From positions 55,059 through 119,058 of the forward strand of contig JBBQRQ010000003.1 in assembly GCA_038214755.1 (NCBI GenBank): DNA of 64,000 nt, in the 5' to 3' direction. This stretch comes from Verrucomicrobiota bacterium. Its GTDB lineage: Bacteria; Verrucomicrobiota; Verrucomicrobiia; Limisphaerales; CANJXF01. A model generated the notes under the pieces. The model made no database searches. It worked only from the letters and a program-made list of their open reading frames with translations, and had not been told where the DNA came from. Shown here one piece after another: positions 1 through 10,043 of this stretch; within the stretch, counting starts at the first letter, position 1, and each line of letters begins with the position of its first letter. The translations under genes were made by a program, and so were the position numbers.

Positions 1-1941
1 CAGTTCACTCGCATCAACGGCCAAACTATTGGAAATCTCGCCGGGGTGAATGCCAGCAATGCCAGCGTGGCGTGGAATCCGCAACTCTCGGGCACGGTGA
101 ACGCGATGCGAATTTCCGCCGGTTTGCTCTATGCGGGTGGGAGCTTCTTTAGCGTGGGGAGTTCGAACGTGCAAAATCTCGTGGCCATTTCGACCGCGAC
201 GGCGTTGGCCACAGGTTGGAATCCCGCGCCCGATGCAGCCGTGCTCGCTTTGGAAGTTTTGGGCAACACCGTCTATGCGGGCGGACAATTCTCCACCATC
301 GGCACGCGGCCTCGGAATCGGCTCGCTTCCGTGGACGCCACCACTGGCATCGCTTTCCAAACGTGGAATCCGAATCCGAATGGAGTTGTCCGCGCGATCT
401 CGGTCGTCGGCAGCACCGTTTATGTGGGCGGTGACTTTACCACCGTCAGCGCGCAGAACCGACGTGGTTTTGCCGCGCTCAATTCGGGAAATGGCGCAGC
501 GCAGGCATTGAATCTTCAACTCGAAAGTGTGACCACCGCCAATCTTGTCCGATCAATCCTGATTCAGGGCAACTCGCTTTACGTGAGCGGTCTTTTCACC
601 AATGCGTTGGGCGCGCCGCATCTCATGGTGGTGGGGATCGATATTCCTTCCGTCACCGCCCTGCCCGTGCCGCTGGCTTCCGATTTCAATGGACCGTTTG
701 GCGCGGCTTTTGGAGCGAACGCGTTGGCCATCGCGAACGGGAAAGTCTTTGTCGGCGGTGATTTTTTCTCATTTGGCGGTGTCGCCCGCCAACGCGCGGC
801 GGCTCTTTCGTTGACGACTGGAGCCGCTTTACCGTGGGCGCCGAAATTTTCCGCGCCGGTCTTGAGCATGGCTTACGGGACGAACCGCATTTATGTGGGA
901 GGCAGTTTCACCAACGTGAACACGACCAATTTTGCGCAAGGGCTGGTGGCGGTAGATCCGCTTATTGGAGATTTGACGCCGTTCAATTTTTTAGGCACGA
1001 ACCTATCTCAGAACGTCTCGATTCGATCTTTGATCGTTTCTTCCAACACATTGTATGTCGGCGGTGACTTCACCATCGTCGGCAGTCAACCACGCCGCTT
1101 TGTGGCCGCAGTCGATCCCGCCACGGCGGCGCCCAACGCCGGTTTTAATGCCCGGTTAGGCGGCGGATTTTCCGGTATCAATGCGATGGTATTGGCCGGA
1201 ACAAATCTCTACATCGCAGGTGATTTTACCACGGTGAATTCATTGGCCATTCCACGTCTGGCTGCCGTTTCACGCACCGATGGAACAAACGTGAATTGGA
1301 TCCCTAATCCAAACCAATCACCGAATGCTTTGGCCGCTACGGCGGACACTCTTTACGTGGGCGGGTTATTCTCGCAAATCAGCGGAGTCGCGTTGAAAAA
1401 CTTTGCCGCCTTCAGTCTCCCGGATAATTCGCTTCTGGGCGTCGATGCCGCGCTGCCTCCCTTTGCGAATGGTGTGACCGCCATTGCCGCGTCACCCGTC
1501 ACACTTTATGTGGGCGGCTCGTTCGATTCAATCGGGGGAGAATTCAGGTTCAACCTCGCGTGTCTGGCCTCATTCAACGCCTCGGCTTACGATTGGGATC
1601 CGGCGCCCGACCAACCTCCCACCGTGATTACCTTGACGGACGATAGGGCCTTCATAGGCGGTCCCTTTAGATTTCTCGGACGATCTCCTACGAATACGAT
1701 CAATGCATTTTTGGCGGTGTTTTCGAGAGCGCCTCAATTTATCCAAAGCTCGCTTTCGCCAAACAATATTCACCTCGTCACTACGACCGGTGATCGGACT
1801 GATGCGGTTTTGCAGGCGGCGACGGACCTGGCCGGTCCGTGGATCAGCATTGCCACCAATGATATACCCGGGTTTCGTTGGACAGTGGATTATCCGACGA
1901 TCTCGCCTCCCCAAAGATTCTTCCGCACCGTCGCGCGGTGA
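1..1941 (+). CDS. Large secreted repeat (beta-propeller-like) protein, 5' end outside window, with C-terminal 'RFFR' domain
   Basis: Frame is open from base 1 (QFTRINGQ...). Many repeats of 'WNPxPxxxVxAL...xYxGGxF'. Ends LQAATDLAGPW...QRFFRTVAR. Confidence 0.8.
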   Translation, partial: QFTRINGQTIGNLAGVNASNASVAWNPQLSGTVNAMRISAGLLYAGGSFFSVGSSNVQNLVAISTATALATGWNPAPDAAVLALEVLGNTVYAGGQFSTIGTRPRNRLASVDATTGIAFQTWNPNPNGVVRAISVVGSTVYVGGDFTTVSAQNRRGFAALNSGNGAAQALNLQLESVTTANLVRSILIQGNSLYVSGLFTNALGAPHLMVVGIDIPSVTALPVPLASDFNGPFGAAFGANALAIANGKVFVGGDFFSFGGVARQRAAALSLTTGAALPWAPKFSAPVLSMAYGTNRIYVGGSFTNVNTTNFAQGLVAVDPLIGDLTPFNFLGTNLSQNVSIRSLIVSSNTLYVGGDFTIVGSQPRRFVAAVDPATAAPNAGFNARLGGGFSGINAMVLAGTNLYIAGDFTTVNSLAIPRLAAVSRTDGTNVNWIPNPNQSPNALAATADTLYVGGLFSQISGVALKNFAAFSLPDNSLLGVDAALPPFANGVTAIAASPVTLYVGGSFDSIGGEFRFNLACLASFNASAYDWDPAPDQPPTVITLTDDRAFIGGPFRFLGRSPTNTINAFLAVFSRAPQFIQSSLSPNNIHLVTTTGDRTDAVLQAATDLAGPWISIATNDIPGFRWTVDYPTISPPQRFFRTVAR

Positions 1942-2100
1942 AATGAAATTCACGCAGGGACGTGGCGAAATTTCAACTATCTCTCGGGGACAGGAGAAAA
2001 ACGCGAATTTGCAGCGAGTTTTAAATCGATTTGTTTCCGAAAGGCTCCGCCACTTTAGGGTTTGGAATCTGACCGCCGTTCCGAAGAAACATTTGACCAT

Positions 2101-2160
2101 AGCCCGGCGTTAACGCCGGGTATCACGCGACAAGACGTCGAGTCCCGAAGGGACGGCCGA
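2101..2160. repeat. REP-like palindromes at the 3' end of a TnpA remnant
   Basis: cccggcgttaacgccggg is a perfect palindrome; gtcccgaagggac hairpin. Same family as 18671-18876. Confidence 0.7.
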
Positions 2161-2162
2161 AA

Positions 2163-2237
2163 TCAATCCCACAAAAATGTTTCGTTGTGTTTCATCTCGT
2201 GATTTTTCAAAAACGACGTGAACTCTTTCTCAAAAAT
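2163..2237 (-). pseudogene. Extreme C-terminal remnant of IS200/IS605-type (RAYT-like) tyrosine transposase
   Basis: Manual translation IFEKEFTSFLKNHEMKHNETFLWD*, resembling the FQEEFxxLLKKHxIxYDERYLWD tail of Y1 transposases. Confidence 0.65.
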
Positions 2238-2260
2238 TACCGATAATGTTCCGCCCAGCT

Positions 2261-2863
2261 TTATTTTGGTTCCAATCGTTGACGCCAAAACTCGGCCAGC
2301 GGTTTCCAATCCAATTGGTCCGCAGCTCGTAAAGCGCGGATGTAGATACGCCGGACTTCATCAGTTTCGGGAGCGAGTTCGACCAGCGGTAAATCAAGGT
2401 GCCGAAGCAGTTCTGCCAAGAACAATCTTGTCACCCGTCCGTTGAAATCAGGAAACGGATGAATGGAAAGCAACTGTCCTTCGGCAAAGGCGAGCGTTTC
2501 GAGAAGCAACGGATCGTCTGGCGCTGTGATCGCCTCAAGACGAGCATTCAAATCGGCAAAATAATTCCGAAGGAGAATCGGAATTTGATGCGCCGCCGGA
2601 GGCTGATGTTCGCCCACTTTCACTTCCCTGGCGCGAAGGCGTCCAGCCCACTCGGGAATCAAATCTCCGCAGATTGCTTGGTGAAGTTGGCAGAGCAGGG
2701 ATTCATCCAATGGCTTTGCAGAAAAAAAGCCTTCTTCAATATCCTCTTGTGTTCGCAACACCCGCTCGGCCAGCAATGGCGCAAGCTGAGAATAAGAAAG
2801 AATGTCGCGCGTGGTTTCTACGAAACGCGTGGCGTGCGGCGGTTGTGTAGAGCCTTCAGCCAT
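2261..2863 (-). CDS. Fic-domain protein (putative AMPylating toxin)
   Basis: HPFPDFNGRVTR Fic motif; LHQAICGD...WAGRLR. Confidence 0.9.
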   Translation of the reverse strand: MAEGSTQPPHATRFVETTRDILSYSQLAPLLAERVLRTQEDIEEGFFSAKPLDESLLCQLHQAICGDLIPEWAGRLRAREVKVGEHQPPAAHQIPILLRNYFADLNARLEAITAPDDPLLLETLAFAEGQLLSIHPFPDFNGRVTRLFLAELLRHLDLPLVELAPETDEVRRIYIRALRAADQLDWKPLAEFWRQRLEPK

Positions 2864-2994
2864 TCGAGATCAACGGGTTCACCTTCAAAAGCCATGCTGG
2901 CGGCAACTTGTCGCGGAATTTCCTTCCAACGCCGCGCCTTGCGTTCTGCTGGCGAAAGTTTTCGCCAATGCGCAATGTTTTGTTGCCAAGTCAT
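2818..2994 (-). CDS. Small putative Fic antitoxin (VbhA-like)
   Basis: 58 aa, directly upstream of and overlapping fic. Carries the inhibitory (S/T)xxxE(G/N) motif SMAFEG. Confidence 0.75.
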   Translation of the reverse strand: MTWQQNIAHWRKLSPAERKARRWKEIPRQVAASMAFEGEPVDLEWLKALHNRRTPRVS

Positions 2995-3021
2995 GACGGG
3001 AACGTAGCGGAACAATACGAG

Positions 3022-3240
3022 TTAAGGAAGCAGGACTTTCCAGAATGCGAACGTGTGCTTTTTCAACAACGCGGTGAACTCCTCTTGAAAAGTCATTTTC
3101 CGATGATGTTCCTCCTGGTTCTTGATGTAGGCGATGATCGTTTCGAGTTGCGAAACGCTGACGCTGAATGCGCCATACTTTATCTGCCACGCAAATAATC
3201 TTTGGTCAGGAAAATTCTCATGAATCCATTTCGAGGAACC
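3022..3240 (-). pseudogene. IS200/IS605-family (RAYT-like) transposase, C-terminal half
   Basis: Manual translation GSSKWIHENFPDQRLFAWQIKYGAFSVSVSQLETIIAYIKNQEEHHRKMTFQEEFTALLKKH. Has the catalytic YIxNQ motif but no HUH-containing N-terminal half or start. Confidence 0.85.
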
Positions 3241-3367
3241 GTGGTGCCGAATCGTATCGTAGGGCAGGCTTTCGAGCCTGCCGGTGAGCGCGAATTCCTA
3301 GCCCGACTTGGCGGATTCGAGGAGTTTAGCTGAATTGGATTTGCAAAAAAAAATCTATTTCAACAAC

Positions 3368-3418
3368 GCCTTAAAGCGCGCGGCTCAACGTGATTTCGTC
3401 GGCGAATTCCAAACCGCC
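3368..3418 (-). pseudogene. Short RecR C-terminal remnant
   Basis: GGLEFADEITLSRAL*G resembles the RecR tail GGxLE(Y/F)ADExTLxRALEGR, with E replaced by a stop. Confidence 0.55.
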
Positions 3419-4385
3419 GACACGCCTTCCCGCGCCACTTGCCAGGGAATTCCCCCGCCGCCAGCGCCGCATGAATTCCGTCATCAACTCGCTGGTGCCC
3501 TTGTCGCTGACTTTCCAATGACTGGCCAACACGCTCTCCGCTCCCTTAATCCTAAACGCGCGGCGCAACGACATCACGCCTTCGCCAATCTTCACCTCGC
3601 CCGAACCGGAGTCGCACGCGCTGAGGATCACCAATTCCGTTCCCTGCAAATTGAGCAGCGACGCCTCCAATCCGGTGAGCACGCCGTCTTCCGCGTCAAA
3701 CCTCGTAGCAGCCGACGTGAGGAGGCTCTGAACTCCCGGTTGAGAGTTGGTAGTTGAGAGGTGAGAGGTTGAGGTTAGAGCCTCCTCACGTCGGCTGCTA
3801 CCAACCAGATTCGTCGCGTGATTCGCCCCGGCCAACGCGATGCCGTAACGCACCAGCGGATTTTCCCAATCGTTTTGTGGTAGGGAAGCGTTCCACCGCG
3901 TCCCTGAATTCCTCACGAATGAATCCAATGAATCCATCGAATTCGTATGTTTCAATTCCTGATCGCTCAGAAAAAATCCATGCGTGGCCAGATGCAACAC
4001 GCGCGGCGAAACTACCGCTTTCAATTCCGCCTCACGCGCTTCGGCGCCGAGTTTCAAAACAGCGTCATCGCCCAGCAACTTCGCCACCGAACGCGCTTCT
4101 TCCGCCGCGCTCGGCAACGGTGTAAATTTGAACCCACGAAACGAACGGCTCAAAAACTTCATCGGAGGGACGCGCTCCACAAGTCCCAAACCTTTTTTCG
4201 GAGAAATGGTCTCCGCAGGTCCCGAACCCGTTCCGTTTTTCCCAATTAAATCAGGGACTTGCGGAGCGCGTCCCTCCGGAAATGAATTCAAATCCAAATC
4301 GAAATCTGGTTTGCCCATGACCAGCGATTTTGAACTTTGAACCTTAAACTTTGAACTCGTTCGCGCGAGCCGGACAATACCTTGA
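3419..4385 (-). pseudogene. CHAT-domain (caspase-like peptidase) fragment, copy 1
   Basis: VLHLATHGFF, LVILSACDSG, VLASHWKVSD. Highly similar to 5305-6741 but truncated at both ends. Confidence 0.85.
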
Positions 4386-4424
4386 CGAACACCTTGCCAC
4401 TCGGGACGCCGATAGATTAAGTTT

Positions 4425-4739
4425 GTGACCATGACAACAGCAGCCACCGTTCCCCACATTCGCCTCGATGACCGAGGACGCACCTGGGTGGACGACACGA
4501 ATGTGAAAGTCATCGAGATTGCGCTGGATCATCTCGCTTACGGCTGGAGCGCGGAAACCATCCAGGAAAATCATCCTCATCTTTCGCTGGCCCAGGCTTA
4601 TGCCGCACTGGCGTGGTATTATGACCATCAAACGGAAATGGATGCCGAGATTAAGCGGCAAGGAGAGCGGGTAAAAGCCCTTCGCGCCGAGGCCAAACCG
4701 TCGCCTCTCGCCCAACGAGTTTTGCGTCGCGGCGCATGA
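4425..4739 (+). CDS. DUF433-family antitoxin-like protein
   Basis: GWSAETIQENHPHLSLAQAYAALAWYYDH pattern; ATGA overlap with the downstream PIN-like gene. Confidence 0.85.
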   Translation: MTMTTAATVPHIRLDDRGRTWVDDTNVKVIEIALDHLAYGWSAETIQENHPHLSLAQAYAALAWYYDHQTEMDAEIKRQGERVKALRAEAKPSPLAQRVLRRGA

Positions 4740-5077
4740 GCCTCGGCCTTTATATGGATGTTCATGTTCCGCTGCCCGTCACGCGTGGTTTGCGGCGACG
4801 CGGGGTGGACGTGCTGACCGCTCAGGAGGACAAAACCACGAGCCTTCCCGATCCAGAATTGCTCGACCGGGCCACTGCGCTGGGCCGCATCCTCTTCTCG
4901 CAGGATGACGATTTGGTGGCGGAAGCTGTGCGTCGCCAACGGAAGGGAGAACCATTCGCCACCGTCGTCTATGCGCGACAACTCGACCTCTCGATTGGAC
5001 GTTGCATCATGGATTTGGAAGCCCTGGCCAAAGCGGCTGAACCCGGCGATGAGCAAGGTCAGATCATCTTTCTGTGA
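4736..5077 (+). CDS. DUF5615 PIN-like toxin
   Basis: LYMDVHVP...LRRRGVDVLT...DPELLDRATALGRILFSQDDD. Confidence 0.85.
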   Translation: MSLGLYMDVHVPLPVTRGLRRRGVDVLTAQEDKTTSLPDPELLDRATALGRILFSQDDDLVAEAVRRQRKGEPFATVVYARQLDLSIGRCIMDLEALAKAAEPGDEQGQIIFL

Positions 5078-5304
5078 AGAAATTCTGGCGAATGGCCGGA
5101 AAGCCGCCAGAACTTACCCAGAGCCGGGACTGATGCCTTTGGAGCCAAGCAGATTTCTTTGACTGGGAAAAAATGTGAAGCGCTCTTCGGTGGTTGGAAA
5201 GAAGCCCAAAAAACTCTCCGTAACCGACCAAGGCGAGAAAGTTGTCATTACTTTTGACTCACCCCTTTCAGGGTAATGAGCTTCACGAAGATGTTAACGG
5301 AATG

Positions 5305-6741
5305 TCATCGCCACTGCCCCGTCAACGTGAACGCGGCCCAAAAGTAGGGATTGGAGTAATCACTTTTCATTCCCTTCGAGCGCAAAGACGACAACTGCGC
5401 CTCGCGCCAAGCCTTCGCGCGCGGTTCGCCCGAATGCCAGCGACGCATGAATTCTGTCATCAACTCGCTGGTGGCCTTGTCGCTCACTTTCCAATGACTG
5501 GCCAATACGCTCTCCGCTCCCGCAATCCTGAACGCGCGGCGCAACGACATTACGCCTTCGCCGATCTTCACCTCGCCGGAACCGGACTCGCACGCGCTGA
5601 GGATCACCAATTCCGTTCCCTGCAAATTGAGCAGCGACGCTTCCAATCCGGTGAGCACGCCGTCCTCGGCGTCAAACCTCGTAGCAGCCGACGTGAGGAG
5701 GCTCTGAACTCCCGGTTGAGAGTTGGTAGTTGAAGGTTGAGAGGTTGAGGTTAGAGCCTCCTCACGTCGGCTGCTACCAATCAGATTCGTCGCATGATTC
5801 GCGCCCGCCAGCGCGATGCCGCAACGCACCAGCGGATTTTCCCAATCATTATTCGGTACGGCGAGACTCCGTCGAGCCGTGAAATTATTTCCGGCCAGCA
5901 ACGAATCGCCCATCGAATTCGTCTGTTTCAATTCCTGATCGCTCAGAAAAAAACCATGCGTGGCCAGGTGCAACACGCGCGGAGAAACCACCGCCTTCAA
6001 TTCCGCCTCACGCGCGTCGACGCCAAGTTTCAAAACCGCGTCGTCGCTCAGCAATTTCGCCACCGAACGCGCTTCATCCGCCGCGCTCGGCAACGGCGTA
6101 AAGTTGAACCCGCGAAACGAACGGCTCAAAAACTTCGTAGCAGCCGACGTGAGGAGGCTCTGATTTCCGGGTTGAGAGTTGAAAGTTGGGAGTTGAGAGT
6201 TTGATTTCAGAGCCTCCTCACGTCGGCTGCTACGTGGCGCTGGCAAATCCAAATCGAAATCCGGATTGCCCATGACCAACGACTTTGAACTTTGAACTTT
6301 AGACTTTGAACTCGCTTGGTTTGCCAAGCGAACAATCTCCCGCCCACTTGTGACGTAGCTGATGGTTTTTTCTTCCAGCAAAAACTTATTGCCGACAGGA
6401 AGTATCTCGAACGGCAAGCGACTCAACTGGCCATCGGGACAAATAATCAGGTGCGAAACATTCGTCAGATATTTGGCGAGCGGCGCATAAACCAATTCGC
6501 TCAAGCGTTGCAAAGCGGGCGGCAAATCGCGCGCGGCAAATTGTCCAGCGGACATCCGTTTGCAAATCAACTCCACAGTCTCATTGACCGGCGCAGCTTC
6601 GCCCAAATCCACGCGCTCGACGATGATGTTGGTGGAGTCACGCGCCAGCGGAAAAGTGAGATACGCGGCGTAACGTCGCTCCTTCCATTGGTTCGTCTTG
6701 GCGGCAAAATCGTAATGCTGATACTGAATGAAATCCACTAG
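5305..6741 (-). pseudogene. CHAT-domain protein, C-terminal part, 5'-truncated by IS1182 (copy 2)
   Basis: PDGQLSRLPFE, HLATHG, LSACESG, PYFWAAFTLTG. The frame runs into the IS end at CTAG 6738-6741. Confidence 0.9.
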
Positions 6742-8362
6742 CAGCCTGTCGGACTTAGCCGAAAGATTTTTTAAAAATTTTTGAATGCGAGGAGGCGTGC
6801 GAGCATCAGTAAAATATGCCTGCACGATTCGTCAATCTCGACCGCCAAACACCGATGTTCCTGCCGTGCGATCTGCGGGATTGGATTCCCGACGGTCACA
6901 TCGTTCACTTCATCCTGGAGGCCGTCGAGCAGATGCCCCTGGCCCATTTTCACGTCAATCATCGGGGCACCGGCAGCGAACAATACCCTCCGGCCATGAT
7001 GCTGGCCCTGCTGATTTACTGTTAGGCCACCGGGCGCTTTGGCTCGCGCACCATCGAAGCGGCGACTTACAGCGACGTGGCCGTGCGCTACCTTTGCGCC
7101 AACACGCATCCCGATCACGATTCGATTTGCACGTTCCGCACCCAGCATGAAACGGCCTTTCGCGCGGCGTTTGTCCGCGTGCTGCAACTGGCGCAGGAAT
7201 TGCGCCTGAGCAAAGTCGGGGCGGTCAGCGTGGATGGAACCAAAATTCAAGCCAACGCCAGCAAACATGCGGCGGTGAGCTATCAGCGCGCCGGTGAAAT
7301 GATCGCGCAATTGGAACTGGAAGTGAATCAACTGCTGGAGCGGGCCCAACAAGCCGAGGCGCAGGAAAGCCAGGAGCCGCTGGACATCCCCGCCGAACTT
7401 AAACGGCGCGAGAACCGTAAAGCGGCGTTGCAAAAAGCGCGGCAGATCATCGAGGAACGGGCCAAGGAAATGGCCGCGGCGCAGCAAGCCGACTACGAAG
7501 CCAAACAGGCGGCGCGACAACAGCAACGCGACGCGGGGAAAAAGCCGCGCGGCAAGGAGCCAAAGCCACCGAGTGCGGAGCCTGAGCCCAAAGCGCAATA
7601 TAATTTTACCGATCCGCAGAGCCGGATCATGAAAGCCGGCAGCGGGAACCATTTCGAGCAGGCGTATAACGCGCAAGCGGCGGTGGACCAAGCGATGTTG
7701 ATTGTGGGAGAGCGAGTGAGCGAGGCTCCCAATGACAAAGAGGAACTGGCGCCGACGGTGGCAGCGATCAGCCCGGTGGTGGCAGCCGAAGTCAAGGCGG
7801 TGTTGGCGGACAGCGGATTTTACAGCGAGGCGGCGGTGGCGGCGGTGGAGCAAAACGCCGATGGGACACCGAGCGGTCTCACGGTTTATGCGGCGGTGGA
7901 AAAACATTCCCATCACAAAACGGTGGAAGACTTATTGCCGCAAGCCGAACCTGATGCGCCGGGATCGGAAGCTGGCGCCAAAGAGAAGATGGCGCACCGA
8001 TTGAAAACGGAGAAGGGAAAGGCGCTTTACAAATTACGCAAGCAAACGGTGGAGCCGGTGTTTGGGATCATCAAGGAAGTGATGGGCTTTCGGAGGTTTT
8101 TACTGAGGGGGCGGGCGAAAGTAAGTTTGGAATGGACGCTGGTGTGCGTGAGTTACAATCTCAAGCGGTTGTTCGCGCTCAAAAACCTGGCGATGGCGGG
8201 ATAAAAAGGAGCCCAAGCGGTCGGGTTGGGCAAAAAGAGGGAGGAACGATGTCCCAAAGCGTATCCGGGCCATGATGAGATAACTAAAAATGAATTTTCC
8301 CAGCGGGCTGGCAACATACAAAAACCCGCGACTGAAATTTTTTTCTCAAGCCCGACAGGCTG
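6742..8362 (+). mobile_element. IS1182-family insertion sequence
   Basis: Terminal inverted repeats cagcctgtcggacttag (6742) and ctcaagcccgacaggctg (8345-8362), flanked by CTAG on both sides. Encloses a DDE transposase. Confidence 0.9.
6816..8204 (+). pseudogene. IS1182 transposase with in-frame nonsense codon
   Basis: YPPAMMLALLIYC*ATG (TAG at 7023-7025), PDHDSICTFR, DGTKIQANAS, YNFTDPQSRIMK, ADSGFYS, RKQTVEPVFG. Both parts are in the same frame. Confidence 0.9.
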
Positions 8363-9451
8363 CTAGAGGATCCCCAACAAGTATTTGAAGCTGCCTTTGC
8401 TGCGGATGGAAACTTCCTGGTGACCTCAGGTAAACATCATGCCCGGCTATATCAACTGAAGGTGGACGGTGAGAAGTTGAGCCTGCTCGGACACACTCGC
8501 GCCGTCCCCGGAGTCGCTTTCAGTCCCGATGGAACTCAGCTTGCCTCTGTCAGCCCAGACAAGACCGTGAGAGCATGGGATGCGGTTACAGGTCGCAAAG
8601 TTTGGGACGATGTCGCACTTCCAGGGCGTGGCCAAGCCTTGGCCTACAGCCCGGACGGAGAGTTGTTAGCGGCTGCCGATTTACAGACCCATTGGGTATG
8701 GGTGTTGGATGCCCGCACTGGAAAGCGGCTCCTCGAATTGGGAACGAACGAATATGGCGCGACGCACTCGGTCCAGTTCAGTCCAGACGGTCGCTGCTTG
8801 GCAACTGCGAGCTCTGTTCACGGAATCGAAGTTTGGGCGATTGAGCGCCGGGCACTTACAAATGGAGGAATTGGCGTCATCGCCTCAGTCGTAAAATCAA
8901 CGCCTGGCCGCTTTCATAGCCTTGTTTTTGCACCAGACAGTCAAAAAATGGCATTCGTTGACTTTGGCGGTAGGACATGCCGCGTGTATGTCTGGCAACT
9001 TGATGGAGCAGGTCCCCCTCGCATCGTGGGGACCAACCTGCTGATGTCCCACCAGGCCGTGAGTTTCGGGAAGGACAGCCGCCATTTGCTGGTGGTCAAT
9101 CGCAACCAAGATGTCGTCACCATAGATGCGGAGACAGAAAGTGAGATTTCTTCCTTTCCAACTGTCGATCCCGAGCGCGAGGGAACTGGGAATGGCTTGT
9201 TAAGCCTTTGCCTCAGCCCCGACGGAACCAAACTCGCCGGGACGTCTATTGACCACCTTGCCGTTGATATCTGGGACCGGAATACCCGTCGGCTTTTATA
9301 TTCACTTCCAGCGCAGAAGGGCTCAGTCTGGTGGCTGGCTTGGAGCGCCGACAGCCAGCGCCTCGCCGTCTCTCGGGCCAACAGCGACATCGCGGTTTGG
9401 AACCTCAAGGAGGTCGAGCAGGTTCTTGCCAAACTGGGATTAAATCCATGA
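8363..9451 (+). pseudogene. WD40-repeat C-terminal region (probably from a kinase-WD40 protein), 5'-truncated by IS
   Basis: GHTRAVPGVAFSPDG, LAYSPDG, VQFSPDG repeats. Frame is open from the CTAG at the IS end (LEDPQQVFEAAF...) with no native start. Confidence 0.8.
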
Positions 9452-9482
9452 TCGCCCTCGAAGCATGCCATCATTCCGCTGC

Positions 9483-10043
9483 ATGAGCGACGTCACTCAA
9501 ATCCTCGACGCGATGCAGCAAGGCAATCCCAAAGCCGCCGATGAATTGCTGCCGCTCGTCTATCAGGAACTGCGCCGGCTCGCAGCGTCCAAGATGGCGA
9601 ACGAATCGCCCGGGCAAACGCTCCAGCCCACCGCACTGGTACACGAAGCGTGGTTGAAACTCGTCGGCAATGAGCCACAGGCGTGGCAAAACCGCGCCCA
9701 CTTTTTCGGCGCGGCAGCGGAGGCGATGCGCCGTATCCTCATCGACAATGCCCGTCGCAAAAAGGCCCTCCGCCACGGCGGTGGCCAGCAGCGATTGGAT
9801 ATTCAGGAACTCGAAATCGCCGTCGACACGGCAGACGATCAACTTCTCTCGGTGAACGAAGCTTTGGACAAACTTGCGGCCCAAGACAAAGAGGCCGCCG
9901 ACTTGGTCAAACTGCGTTACTTCGTTGGCATGACAATTCAGGAAGCTGCGCAAACTTTGGGCATTGGAGAAGCGACGGCCTATCGTTACTGGGCTTACGC
10001 GCGCGCCTGGCTCTTCAAGGAAATCAAATCACAACCTAAGTGA
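9483..10043 (+). CDS. ECF sigma factor (Planctomycete/TIGR02999 type)
   Basis: MSDVTQIL...LLPLVYQELRRLA...TLQPTALVHEAWLKL...VKLRYFVG...WAYARAWL. Confidence 0.92.
   Translation: MSDVTQILDAMQQGNPKAADELLPLVYQELRRLAASKMANESPGQTLQPTALVHEAWLKLVGNEPQAWQNRAHFFGAAAEAMRRILIDNARRKKALRHGGGQQRLDIQELEIAVDTADDQLLSVNEALDKLAAQDKEAADLVKLRYFVGMTIQEAAQTLGIGEATAYRYWAYARAWLFKEIKSQPK

Noticed and set aside
6742..6825. N-terminus MQAYFTDART... of the 506-aa CHAT ORF
   Set aside because: It is read from the IS left end, not native CHAT sequence.
7023..7025. Programmed stop read-through (pyrrolysine) in the transposase
   Set aside because: The position corresponds to a Tyr codon in IS1182 transposases and no recoding machinery is visible; a simple nonsense mutation is more likely.
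6771..7916. 381-aa minus-strand ORF and similar long antisense ORFs (20262, 26631, 56707, 61786)
   Set aside because: Shadow frames of well-supported genes in GC-rich DNA.
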